64,000 nt of DNA from Candidatus Hydrogenedens sp. (GTDB lineage Bacteria > Hydrogenedentota > Hydrogenedentia > Hydrogenedentales > Hydrogenedentaceae): assembly GCA_049968235.1 (NCBI GenBank), contig JBMFRC010000011.1:35251-99250 (forward strand). Reading direction: 5' to 3'. Every line of letters begins with the position of its first letter. Positions within the stretch are counted from its first letter, which is position 1. Both the position numbers and the translations under genes were made by a program. Of the stretch, positions 48,438 to 58,560 are shown piece by piece. Under the pieces are notes generated by a model. The model was not told the DNA's origin. It did no database searches and saw nothing but the letters and a program-made list of their open reading frames with translations.

Positions 48438-50987
48438 TTGGGTAAAAACGATAAAAGAATAAAAGAATTAGAAGAACAAATACGACAATTAACACAACAA
48501 CTGGAATCATTAGTTCGAGAAAAAGATACAAACTATCATAGCGGGAACATATCTGAAAAGGAGGAATCAGCATTAAATGGATATTCTTCAAATAGTAATC
48601 CATTCATAACAGCAACAACCCAATCGTCTCCCCATAATCTATTATGGTCCAAAATTAAATCTGCAACAAAAATTAAATCTAAAGAGGATTTAGAGCAAAA
48701 AATTGGTTCTGTATGGGCAAGCCGAATTGGCGCATTATTAGTCATGACTGCTGTAGTTCTGGGGACAAGAACTACTTTTTATTCAGCAGGTATAGGAATA
48801 CGGGAAAAAATTATTATAGGTTATGCATTTTCAATTATGCTTATTCTGGGAGGATGGTTTAGTCGCAAAAAAAATATCTTTTCGGAAGTTATTCTGAGTT
48901 GTGGATTAACAGGGATATATTTCACAACCTATGCCGGGTTCTTTATCGAAGAAACTCACTTATTTCCTTTTTTGTCACAGGGCTATTGCTCCCTCCTTAT
49001 AGGCTTCCCTGTCCTTTTAGTATGCCTTTTTCCTCTTATTCTCATTGCCCATAAGAGAAAAAGTTCCACCATTGCCGGGATTGGACTTTTTCTGACATAT
49101 TACACAGTGGCTTTGAGTTGCTATAACGAACCGAACATACGGACACTCTCCTATGCACTGCTTACCAGCATAACGATAGCGTTTATCACCTTTGTATTCC
49201 ATCTAATTCATAACTGGTTTTTTCTTTCATGGCCCGGGGTTATTGCATCATATGCAACCTATCTTTATGTCTTTCCTTATCTAAATCCCCATACCTACTT
49301 CCATATTCCTGAAAAAGCGTATTTTTGGATTTCATTTTTGTTCTTAACAACCTGTTTTCTTTTATTTTCTATAACCTGCATTATGGATGCACGAAAACGA
49401 GGGGAATACCGCAAAGGGATTGCCCCTTTAGTAGGTCTTAACTCAGTTATATATTTTTGTCTTACCTTTTATGCTGTGAGAACATACTATTTACCCTACG
49501 AATATCTGTTTCGCACAGGTTTTGTGTTAATGTTGCTTACATTCTCTTTAATTGCACATTTCACAGGACCTCGAAATAATTATATTTTTCAGGTATTTAT
49601 CATAAAAACAATCATAATGATAACCCTTGCTATTCAGTCATACTTTTCCGGGGAAAAACTTTTAATAGCACTTTCAATTGAGTGTCTGGCTTTGGCACTG
49701 GCTCATAAACGAAGTGGTTATCTTGTGTATCGTGTAATGAATTTTTTTCTTCTCTGGGTTACTTTTTTCTGGGGTATCACTTATATAAAAACACCGGGGA
49801 TTGTTTCTTTTGGGGCTTATCATATTCCAGCGAATTGGTTTGCGATATGGGGAGCCTCATTATTTCTGTTTGTTATAGCATGGTTCTATGAACATTTTGT
49901 TTCCATGCACCAGAGCAATATTCCTGAATGGACTTATGAAATTAATATTTCCAATATCAAGTGGAGGTTTTCTCCATTATTAATGTCAGTACTACACGCC
50001 TGTGTAGCATCATTACTTATCCTTCTACTTACAGTTGTAGATTTTATTGATGACCTTCGTCTCCCTCTTGTGTTAACTACGGAACTTCTCCTATTATTAG
50101 GAATAGGCTTCATTTCCTCTACCCCTTCTATTGAATTTAGCGGGGTTCTTTTATTGGTTTCTGCGCAAGCATGTTATTTGTTTTATTTTTTCACCAACCC
50201 ACAGTCATTGTATGAACTCCCCTATTTTCTATCCATGAGTTTCCCGCTTGCTTTTATATCCTACATTGGCGCTTATGCATGGGAAAAATATTTAAATAGA
50301 ATTCACCCCAAACAGGATGACGATGTACATTTTACTCTCTCCATACTCCCTTATATTAGTAGCATACTTATTACCCTCATCGTAATAAATCAAATAACCA
50401 CACTTTCGCTATTCCCGGTAATTGTTTCTATATTAGGAATGGTTATATACGGTGTTAGCACCTACACACAACTTCCCTCTCTGGCTGTATCCGGAAAAGC
50501 ATTAATATTAACCGCTACTCTATACTTTCTCATCTACCTTTCAAAAATTCCAGAAGAATATGCCCCACTATCTAATTTTTTAGTTTCATTATTTATCTCT
50601 GGTATTCTCATAGGTGCTGAACGCATTAAATCCCACCAAGAAAAGGAGCTCTTAAAAACGGATTTCCCTGACATTATGATTCGTATTATGTTTTTGAGCG
50701 GGGTAGTGTCGGTTCATTTATCTTTTGCCTTTATTTGTCTTCCTAAAAATTTTCTAATCTTCTATTGGCTTGCTACAGGCTTGACCATTGTGTTTTTGGG
50801 TATGTTTTTACACGAATCTTTATACCGCTGGATAGGTTTTTGTGTATTGTTCGTTACCCTCTTTCGGACTTTCTTCGTTTTCCAATATATCTCCTCAGAA
50901 ATATATCAGGTACTCAGTTTTGCAGTATCTGCATTGGTTTTATTTCTTATCGGATGGATTTATTCGAGAAATCAAACCTCTAATTAA
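48438..50987 (+). CDS. large polytopic membrane protein with N-terminal coiled coil (DUF2339-like architecture)
   Basis: N-terminal KELEEQIRQLTQQLESLVREK coiled coil, Ser/Asn-rich linker, then more than 20 predicted TM helices. Apparent TTG start. Confidence 0.5.
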   Translation: MGKNDKRIKELEEQIRQLTQQLESLVREKDTNYHSGNISEKEESALNGYSSNSNPFITATTQSSPHNLLWSKIKSATKIKSKEDLEQKIGSVWASRIGALLVMTAVVLGTRTTFYSAGIGIREKIIIGYAFSIMLILGGWFSRKKNIFSEVILSCGLTGIYFTTYAGFFIEETHLFPFLSQGYCSLLIGFPVLLVCLFPLILIAHKRKSSTIAGIGLFLTYYTVALSCYNEPNIRTLSYALLTSITIAFITFVFHLIHNWFFLSWPGVIASYATYLYVFPYLNPHTYFHIPEKAYFWISFLFLTTCFLLFSITCIMDARKRGEYRKGIAPLVGLNSVIYFCLTFYAVRTYYLPYEYLFRTGFVLMLLTFSLIAHFTGPRNNYIFQVFIIKTIIMITLAIQSYFSGEKLLIALSIECLALALAHKRSGYLVYRVMNFFLLWVTFFWGITYIKTPGIVSFGAYHIPANWFAIWGASLFLFVIAWFYEHFVSMHQSNIPEWTYEINISNIKWRFSPLLMSVLHACVASLLILLLTVVDFIDDLRLPLVLTTELLLLLGIGFISSTPSIEFSGVLLLVSAQACYLFYFFTNPQSLYELPYFLSMSFPLAFISYIGAYAWEKYLNRIHPKQDDDVHFTLSILPYISSILITLIVINQITTLSLFPVIVSILGMVIYGVSTYTQLPSLAVSGKALILTATLYFLIYLSKIPEEYAPLSNFLVSLFISGILIGAERIKSHQEKELLKTDFPDIMIRIMFLSGVVSVHLSFAFICLPKNFLIFYWLATGLTIVFLGMFLHESLYRWIGFCVLFVTLFRTFFVFQYISSEIYQVLSFAVSALVLFLIGWIYSRNQTSN

Positions 50988-50996
50988 TAAAAGAAT

Positions 50997-52328
50997 ATGA
51001 ATGCAAAGAAAGATAAATATTGGGTGTTAGAAAAAGGAGCAAGAAAGATATGTAGCATCCTTCAAAAAAAAGGCTACATTGCTTATTTTGCAGGAGGGTG
51101 TGTGCGGGACCTGGTTATGAAAAGGGAACCGGTTGATTATGACATTGCCACGAATGCAATTCCCAAAGAGGTACATTGCCATTTTCCTGATTCCATTATG
51201 CTCTGGAAACATTATGGCGTTGTCCGTGTGTTACTACCTGAAGGAGAATATGAAGTAACAACCTTTCGTTCAGACGGTCCTTATCTGGATGGAAGACATC
51301 CATCTTCTGTGGTATTTTCTTCTCCTCAGGAAGATGCCCAACGGAGAGATTTCACCATTAATGCCTTATTTTTTGACCCGTCCACAAACGAAATTATTGA
51401 TTATGTAGGGGGACAGGAAGATATCCGAAAGGGAATTATTCGAACCGTTGGCAATCCTCATCATCGTTTCGCCGAAGACTACCTTCGTCTTTTAAGGTCA
51501 GCACGATTTTCCGCCCGATTCAATTTCAAAATTGAAAGAGATACCCTCGAAGCAATGAAAGAACTCCGTGCTGGGATACAAAAAGTACCGGCGGAACGAA
51601 TACGAGATGAGTTGATAAAAATCCTTACAGAAGGGAATCCGTACCGGGCATTTGAGATTCTTGACAGAACCGGTTTGTTAGAAGAAATTCTTCCAGAAAT
51701 TTCAGCCCTCAAAGGTATTGAACAGGATAAAGAATATCATCCCGAAGGAGATGTGTTCATACATACCCTTCAAACACTGAAATATTTAAATAATCCATCC
51801 CCTAAATTAGCTCTGGCAATTCTTTTACATGATGTCGGGAAAAAACAAACCATCACCTACACAGACCGTATCCGATTTCCTAAACATGAAGCCATTGGCG
51901 CCCAGATAGCCACAAACATAATGGAACGATTACGATTTTCGCGTTCTGAAATTGAAGATGTAGCATGGTTGATAAGAAATCACATGACTTTACTTCAATA
52001 CCCACAAATGAGGGAAAGTACTCGAAAAAGATTATTTAAGAATCCTCTTTTTCCTCTCCTTTTAGAATTGGTAAGCATTGATATTCAAGCCAGCTTTGGG
52101 GAATTATCTTCTATAAACTCTATAAAAAAAGATTACCAAATGTTTCAACAAACAGTTTCTGAATATCAACCTTTACTTCGCGGTAAAGACCTGATTGGAT
52201 TAGGATTTTCTCCGGGTCCTTTATTTCGAACTATTTTAGATGAGGTGGAAAATGCTCAATTAGAAGGTACCATCAAAACCCACGAAGAAGCCATTCAATT
52301 TGTTTTACAACACTGGCAACCCTCCTGA
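50997..52328 (+). CDS. cca: CCA-adding tRNA nucleotidyltransferase / poly(A) polymerase family with HD domain
   Basis: Pol-beta-like NTase motif GGCVRDLVM...DYDIAT, HD-domain motif (LLHDVGK). Confidence 0.8.
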   Translation: MNAKKDKYWVLEKGARKICSILQKKGYIAYFAGGCVRDLVMKREPVDYDIATNAIPKEVHCHFPDSIMLWKHYGVVRVLLPEGEYEVTTFRSDGPYLDGRHPSSVVFSSPQEDAQRRDFTINALFFDPSTNEIIDYVGGQEDIRKGIIRTVGNPHHRFAEDYLRLLRSARFSARFNFKIERDTLEAMKELRAGIQKVPAERIRDELIKILTEGNPYRAFEILDRTGLLEEILPEISALKGIEQDKEYHPEGDVFIHTLQTLKYLNNPSPKLALAILLHDVGKKQTITYTDRIRFPKHEAIGAQIATNIMERLRFSRSEIEDVAWLIRNHMTLLQYPQMRESTRKRLFKNPLFPLLLELVSIDIQASFGELSSINSIKKDYQMFQQTVSEYQPLLRGKDLIGLGFSPGPLFRTILDEVENAQLEGTIKTHEEAIQFVLQHWQPS

Positions 52329-52404
52329 TTATTGTTTACATACCTGCAAACATTCCCATCTCAAGATTTGATAAAATGAAAAGAAAGAAAGGTAGTATTC
52401 ATCG

Positions 52405-54708
52405 ATGAATATTGCTCAAATTATTGACTATCTACAAAATAATTCCTCTTTTAAACAAAACCTGACTGCATGGAAAATCCTTCCTGCAGAACCCGCACAA
52501 TATGATGAATTTCCGGAGGGGCTGGATGACCGACTTATTTCCGCATTGGCTCATCGTGGGATTCACCGTTTGTATACTCATCAGGCGGAAGCAGTCAAAT
52601 CTGCTTTTCGTGGAGAAAATTTATGTATTGTAACACCGACTGCTTCTGGAAAAACTCTTTGTTATAATCTACCCGTATTGCAATCTATTTTGAACAATCC
52701 TAACTCACGAGCATTATATCTTTTCCCGACAAAAGCCCTCTCTCAGGACCAGGTTCATGAACTTAAAGAACTCAATGAAACACTTAAGTTAGGCATCAAA
52801 ACTTATACCTTTGATGGAGATACTCCCACTACCGCAAGACAAGCCATACGCAGTGCCGGTCAAATCGTTGTAACCAATCCCGATATGTTACATACAGGAA
52901 TACTCCCTCACCATACGATATGGATACACTTATTTGAGAATTTGAAATATGTTGTCATTGATGAAATTCACTACTACCGTGGCGTTTTAGGAAGCCATCT
53001 AACAAACATTCTAAGGAGACTTAAACGAATCGCTACTTTTTATAATTCAAAGCCACAGTTTATCTGTTGTAGTGCAACTATTGCCAATCCGAAAGAACTG
53101 GCAGAAAAATTGATAGAGGAACCTGTAACCCTGATTGACCGCAATGGAGCACCTCGAAGTGAAAAACACTTTCTTTTTTACAATCCTCCCGTGATTGATG
53201 CGGAATTAGGAATTCGCAAATCTTCCACCAAAGAAGTTACACGAATCGCATCTCAGTTGATTTCCAAAGATATACAAACTATTATCTTTGCTCGAAGTAG
53301 GCTCCAGGTGGAAATTGTTACTACTTATCTCAAAGATACGGCTCGTCGGATGAACCTTAATGAACAGCGTGTTTGTGGCTATCGGGGAGGGTATCTCCCT
53401 ACAGAACGAAGGGCAATTGAAGAAGGTTTGAGAAAAGGAGAGATATTATCCGTGGTGAGTACAAATGCCTTAGAATTGGGAATTGATATTGGGTCTCTGG
53501 ATGCTTGTATTATGTTAGGTTATTCGGGTAGTATCTCCAGCACATGGCAACAGGCAGGGAGAGCCGGTAGAAGACAGGGGACATCTCTTGTTATTCTGGT
53601 GGCATCCAGTTCCCCTTTAGACCAATTTATTATCAGTCATCCGGAATACTTTTTTGGACAAAATGCAGAGAGTGCTACACTGGACCCCAACAATCTTTAC
53701 ATTCTAACCAGTCATTTGAAATGTTCCGCTTTTGAACTTCCTTTTGTCGAAGGGGAAACTTTTGGTATAGATACTCATTCCACGCAGACAATTTTAGAAT
53801 ACCTGCAAGAGCAAAGAATACTTCATAAAGTAAAGGAACAATGGCATTGGAGTGCAGACTCCTATCCTGCTCAGGATATTAGCCTTCGGACTGCGGCACC
53901 GGGCAATATCGTTATTCTTGACAGTCAAAATCATGGCCGTGTTATTGGTGAAGTAGATTATTTTTCTGCTCCCTCCGAAATCTATGAAAATGCCATCTAT
54001 ATGCATCAAAGTGAAACCTATACGATTGAACATCTTGACATGGAAGACCGAAAAGCATATGCTCGAGCTGTGGAAACAGATTACTATACAGATGCAGAAC
54101 TAAAGGTCGATTTAGGAATTCTTAATATTTGTGAACAAAAGGAGGAGCCTTTACATAGACGGGTATGGGGAGAAATAAAAGTTACATGGTTACCTACAAT
54201 ATATAAAAAAATAAAATTTGGGACCCATGAAAATGTCGGCTGGGGAGAAATACATCTTCCGGAGCAAACCATGCATACACTGGGATATTGGATGGAATTG
54301 TCCGACTCTCTTATTCAACAGACAAAAATACCTATAGAAAATCTCAGTGATGCTTTAGTATCCCTGGTAAATGCACTACGACAGGTGGCTCCCGTTCAGG
54401 TTCTCTGTGACCCTTCGGACATTCGTGCCCATGCTATCTTAAAAGCACCCATTTCACAGAAACCCACTCTTTTCCTGTATGAACGCTACCCTGGTGGAGT
54501 AGGGTTTAGTGAAAAAATTTTCCATCAGCACTACGATTTAATATCCGCAGGACTTTCTTTACTTGAAAAATGTCCCTGTAAGAATGGATGTCCAAGTTGC
54601 GTTGGACCTGCCATCGAGGTTGGACACATGGGGAAACAACATGCCTTGCAATTAGCACGAATTCTAATACAGAACCCCAAAGGTCAACATCGTCTTTTGA
54701 AGAATTAA
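52405..54708 (+). CDS. MrfA/YprA-like DEAD/DEAH-box helicase with C-terminal DUF1998 zinc-ribbon domain
   Basis: Walker A TPTASGKT, DEIH box (VVIDEIHYYRG), helicase C motifs (QQAGRAGR), C-terminal four-Cys cluster CPCKNGCPSC typical of DUF1998. Confidence 0.75.
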   Translation: MNIAQIIDYLQNNSSFKQNLTAWKILPAEPAQYDEFPEGLDDRLISALAHRGIHRLYTHQAEAVKSAFRGENLCIVTPTASGKTLCYNLPVLQSILNNPNSRALYLFPTKALSQDQVHELKELNETLKLGIKTYTFDGDTPTTARQAIRSAGQIVVTNPDMLHTGILPHHTIWIHLFENLKYVVIDEIHYYRGVLGSHLTNILRRLKRIATFYNSKPQFICCSATIANPKELAEKLIEEPVTLIDRNGAPRSEKHFLFYNPPVIDAELGIRKSSTKEVTRIASQLISKDIQTIIFARSRLQVEIVTTYLKDTARRMNLNEQRVCGYRGGYLPTERRAIEEGLRKGEILSVVSTNALELGIDIGSLDACIMLGYSGSISSTWQQAGRAGRRQGTSLVILVASSSPLDQFIISHPEYFFGQNAESATLDPNNLYILTSHLKCSAFELPFVEGETFGIDTHSTQTILEYLQEQRILHKVKEQWHWSADSYPAQDISLRTAAPGNIVILDSQNHGRVIGEVDYFSAPSEIYENAIYMHQSETYTIEHLDMEDRKAYARAVETDYYTDAELKVDLGILNICEQKEEPLHRRVWGEIKVTWLPTIYKKIKFGTHENVGWGEIHLPEQTMHTLGYWMELSDSLIQQTKIPIENLSDALVSLVNALRQVAPVQVLCDPSDIRAHAILKAPISQKPTLFLYERYPGGVGFSEKIFHQHYDLISAGLSLLEKCPCKNGCPSCVGPAIEVGHMGKQHALQLARILIQNPKGQHRLLKN

Positions 54709-54713
54709 AAACA

Positions 54714-56102
54714 ATGGATATGAAAAAAGACATTTCGTTGAATAAATTAGCGGAGAAATTGGGATTAATAAAAGCATCCCAACTCCACACTACCGAAGAA
54801 ATATCTGAAAGAAGGAACCCAAACTCCAGCAACCCCAGTCCTTCTTCGAATAGTTCTCCAGAACTATCAAAGATTCAAGGGACCTCTTCTTTACTTCAAA
54901 GATTACGAGAACGGCTTGGAATAACATCCGTAACCTCTTATCCTACGGAAAAACATCCCGCTCGTACATATAAAAAATCTATAGGTGGAACGCTTATTGA
55001 TTGTAAAACGAGTCAGTGCCTTTATTTTTCTGAAATATATCCGCATCCCTACACCTATGGCGAGGTTCTTCTTTCGGATGCACTACATTTTTCCGTACAT
55101 GAAGCAAAAATCTCCTCAGCGGGAAATGAAATCGCAGAATTTAATCCCGAAAAAGCGTTGTTTATTGATACAGAAACAACTTCCTGTTTTGGAGGAACAG
55201 GAACCGTTGCTTTTCTTGTCGGTATTGGATATTTTGTGGGTAAGGACTTTCATCTGGAACAATTTTTTATGAGGGACTATGATGATGAACCTGCATTATT
55301 AACCGCACTGGATAAACGAATACAGAATGCTTCTCTATTTATAGGGTATAACAGCAAATGTTTCGACCTGCCTTTGTTGCGAAATCGATATCGGATGAAT
55401 CGTCTACCCTTCCATGGAGAAACGTTATCCCATTTCGACTTGATGCATGTGGCCCGCAGATTCTGGAATCGTCGTTTAAGTGATTGTTCCTTAAATACTG
55501 TAGAACGTTTCATCTTGAATATTCGAAGACAGGGAGATGTGCCGAGTTCCCTTATACCCCGGTTATGGCTGAATTATATTAATACAGGACAATCCCACGG
55601 GATACCTCGCATTTTAGAACATAATCAAAAAGATATACTATCTTTAGCAGGGCTTATGGCATGGATTGCCCAACGCGTTCAGATACCGAAAGGACAGGGG
55701 TTTGAAGAAATCATGGACCGTTGTGCTTTAATAAGACTACAAATGAAATGTGGTCATTATTCGGATGTGATTGAAACAGCAGAGGATTTGCTACAACAAA
55801 CCGATTACCCTCCTATTCGAACAGAATGTTTAAAAATTCTTTCGGAAGTATATAGGAAATTACAAAAAACAGAAGAACGAGAGCAAACCCTTATTCTCTG
55901 GGCAAAAGAAGAAAAAGAAAGTGTATTCCCAAGAATTGAATTGGCAAAATTTTACGAACATCACCAAAAGCAATGGGACCACGCCCTTTACTGGACGGAA
56001 CAGGCTCTGGAAATTGAACCTAAAAATACCCAGATTATTAAAAGAAGAGAACGACTTTTACGAAAAATGAATTCTGCACAGAATTTAGAATATCTCGATT
56101 GA
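54714..56102 (+). CDS. MrfB/YprB-like RNase H-fold (DEDDh) 3'-5' exonuclease with C-terminal TPR-like region
   Basis: Exo motif I (FIDTETTS), motif II (YNSKCFDLP), motif III (H-x4-D: EHNQKD). C-terminal helical repeats (…AKFYEHHQKQWDHALYWTEQALEIEP…). Starts 6 nt after the helicase gene. Confidence 0.65.
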   Translation: MDMKKDISLNKLAEKLGLIKASQLHTTEEISERRNPNSSNPSPSSNSSPELSKIQGTSSLLQRLRERLGITSVTSYPTEKHPARTYKKSIGGTLIDCKTSQCLYFSEIYPHPYTYGEVLLSDALHFSVHEAKISSAGNEIAEFNPEKALFIDTETTSCFGGTGTVAFLVGIGYFVGKDFHLEQFFMRDYDDEPALLTALDKRIQNASLFIGYNSKCFDLPLLRNRYRMNRLPFHGETLSHFDLMHVARRFWNRRLSDCSLNTVERFILNIRRQGDVPSSLIPRLWLNYINTGQSHGIPRILEHNQKDILSLAGLMAWIAQRVQIPKGQGFEEIMDRCALIRLQMKCGHYSDVIETAEDLLQQTDYPPIRTECLKILSEVYRKLQKTEEREQTLILWAKEEKESVFPRIELAKFYEHHQKQWDHALYWTEQALEIEPKNTQIIKRRERLLRKMNSAQNLEYLD

Positions 56103-56130
56103 AATCGGAAAAATTGTTTTTTTATATTTG

Positions 56131-57537
56131 TTAATACGCCCCCTTTTTCCAGGGACAATCCACACATCGTGGATGAATAGAACAACCTGTCTTATACCAT
56201 TGGATCAATGCTTGCTGTTCAAAAAACTTTAGAGGTTTTTGGCAAAATAGAAATTCTGCATGTGTTTTCATTCTTTTTAATAACCAGTGATTGTTTTCTC
56301 CGGGTAAACGATAATACATATCCCATATCCTTTCTTCTCTTTGTCCCCAGAGTCCTTCCTGGATACTAAATATGAAAAAGGGAAACAATATATTCCCTAA
56401 TAGAGAATACATCCGTTTTCTCCCTATAAGAGCATGTGGGGTTTGATTTCTTTTCATTTCCCAGTTATTGTAATAAGACCAATAGTAGTGATGGGCATAA
56501 AAGACTCTTTCCCACAACATCACGGGAGAATTTATTTGCATACAACGATGTGCTAGAGAATATAAAAATTCAGAGAGGGAACCTTCTATTTTTGATAAGA
56601 AACTTACCATGTACGCTATTCGTAAAGCAGGGTTCGCATTAGGATATACCGAAGATATAACATAAGTATTATCTTCCTGTATAAGGTTTATGGATGAGTA
56701 ATCCTGTCCATATTGCTTTCGAATATTTTCCAATACTAACGCATAGGAATTTTTTAAATTTACTCCCTTTTGAAGATATCCTATTGTATGTAACAAGACC
56801 GATTCTAAGATACGCGGGTCTTCTTTTAACTGTTCTTTTGCCTGAGAATAGGGGATATATTGTGCTAATTTTAAGTACAAAGGGGCATATTTTGTTCCCA
56901 TACCCAGTCCATAGAAAAGAAATTCATAAATGAGTTCGTCAAGCGATACCTCCCGGAATCGATAACGCATCTGTTCTACTCGATTAAGAACCCGTTGTTG
57001 TGCTAAAACACGGATAAATACTTCATAATCGAATTGAATTTGTTCGAGACAGGGCGGAATTTTTAAAGAGGGAATATGACCGGTGTGTAGAGCATTTTCC
57101 GTATCATCATTTTGTTTGTCCCTGTAAAAATGAGGTAATACCAATGTAGGTATAGCATGCCCTTTAGAAGTAATGGCGGTAGTGAAATTCCTTTCTTTAT
57201 ATAACACAATATGCAATAAAACACGGTCATATCGGATATCCTTATGATGTCCATGTTGATACCAGTCCCCTGCTTTCGGGTGAATTTCTATATCTCCTCG
57301 GAAAGATAAGCCATTAATTTCCAGTAGAGCATCCTTAAAATCGGGACCTCCATATAAATTATGGTATCCTGGCGATAGAATACGAACCCGATGCCCTTCT
57401 TCCGTTTGCCATTCCTTAGCGGATGTTATGTTACGTAGCCATTTCTGTTGAACTTCATACTCATGAATACCCCCCCGTAAAACAGATACCTGGGGGCTTG
57501 TTTTTTCTACATATATTTTATAGAGACCCGTTGCCAT
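56131..57537 (-). CDS. DUF2851-family protein
   Basis: N-terminal block ...GHRVRILSPGYHNLYGGPDFKDALLEINGLSFRGDIEIHPKAGDWYQHGHHKDIRYDRVLLHIVL matches the conserved DUF2851 signature as I recall it. Overlaps the upstream phosphoesterase gene by 31 nt. Confidence 0.5.
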   Translation of the reverse strand: MATGLYKIYVEKTSPQVSVLRGGIHEYEVQQKWLRNITSAKEWQTEEGHRVRILSPGYHNLYGGPDFKDALLEINGLSFRGDIEIHPKAGDWYQHGHHKDIRYDRVLLHIVLYKERNFTTAITSKGHAIPTLVLPHFYRDKQNDDTENALHTGHIPSLKIPPCLEQIQFDYEVFIRVLAQQRVLNRVEQMRYRFREVSLDELIYEFLFYGLGMGTKYAPLYLKLAQYIPYSQAKEQLKEDPRILESVLLHTIGYLQKGVNLKNSYALVLENIRKQYGQDYSSINLIQEDNTYVISSVYPNANPALRIAYMVSFLSKIEGSLSEFLYSLAHRCMQINSPVMLWERVFYAHHYYWSYYNNWEMKRNQTPHALIGRKRMYSLLGNILFPFFIFSIQEGLWGQREERIWDMYYRLPGENNHWLLKRMKTHAEFLFCQKPLKFFEQQALIQWYKTGCSIHPRCVDCPWKKGAY

Positions 57538-58409
57538 TCACCATCTTTCCATTCCATCCGTTCACAATGTATGTTTTCTGGTGTTACTTCATATAATAAA
57601 TAATGATGGATTTGATGTTCTATATTCAACCGGTTTTCCAACCGGGCTCCACCACCTGCGGATATGGTATATCTTACTCCATCTATAATTTTTGATACAA
57701 ACCCATGAACATGCCCCATAAAAACCTCCGTAACATTATTTTCTCTCATGATTTTATAAAATTTTTGAGTACGATGATGCACCCCTCTTCCTTCCTCTGT
57801 CTTTACAAATACAGGGAGGTCTTCGGGCGGTTTATGCATAATCACATAACGATATTTGACTCCCTCTTTTTTCAAATGTTTTTCCAGGAAGTCCAGTTGT
57901 TCTCGTGTAAATGACCAGAACGAATTGTTATTAAAACCCACAAATCGTGCTGGACCTAAATCAAAGCAAAATTGGTCGGTCTGGTATATTTTTAAAAATG
58001 CGGTATATTTTCGGTCGGGACCCTCTTCATGATTACCGGGAATCGGAATTACGGGAATAGGATATATCAATTCTGCCATACGCAGATGATGGGCTAAATA
58101 TTCTTCTACACGCCCTCTGCGAACAATATCTCCCGTCATTAAAACAAAGGAGGGCTTCTTTTCGGCTATCGAAAGAATAATATCTCGTGCTACTCGATAA
58201 TCACCACGGGTATCCCCAAATACTGCAAATCGAAATTGACTTTCTTTTGTCCGTGATTCTTCTTTTAATCTTCTTATTACATCAGGAATATTATGCTTTG
58301 GGACATACGTTTCTAATTTTTTTAATTCATCTTCAGTAAGGGCTTCCCTCTTTCGACTCCAAGGAAATCCTCGTTGGATAAAGTCAAACCACACTTTTAA
58401 AATTTCCAT
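57507..58409 (-). CDS. calcineurin-like metallophosphoesterase
   Basis: FAVFGDTRGD, MTGDIVRRG, GNHE, MGHVH motifs. Confidence 0.7.
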   Translation of the reverse strand: MEILKVWFDFIQRGFPWSRKREALTEDELKKLETYVPKHNIPDVIRRLKEESRTKESQFRFAVFGDTRGDYRVARDIILSIAEKKPSFVLMTGDIVRRGRVEEYLAHHLRMAELIYPIPVIPIPGNHEEGPDRKYTAFLKIYQTDQFCFDLGPARFVGFNNNSFWSFTREQLDFLEKHLKKEGVKYRYVIMHKPPEDLPVFVKTEEGRGVHHRTQKFYKIMRENNVTEVFMGHVHGFVSKIIDGVRYTISAGGGARLENRLNIEHQIHHYLLYEVTPENIHCERMEWKDGEWQRVSIKYM

Positions 58410-58560
58410 CTTGTAATTACCAATATTGTTTTAAATATTTTTTATTTTACATACAGGAAATAAAGGACACAGAAAATTTTGACTTTTTTTGTCACTTCTA
58501 TATCCTTTTTATATCTTTGGATACCTAAAACTTTATTTCAGCATCTTTAATTTTCAGGAT

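Noticed and set aside
54506-54832. Minus-strand 108-aa ORF overlapping the helicase 3' end and exonuclease 5' end
   Set aside because: Lies entirely inside two well-supported plus-strand genes; no RBS; composition follows the opposite-strand coding.
57470-57476. C7/G7 homopolymer inside the N-terminal coding region of the DUF2851 gene as a possible phase-variation site
   Set aside because: The reading frame is intact through the tract and the family-conserved block follows in frame. There is no evidence of a shift.
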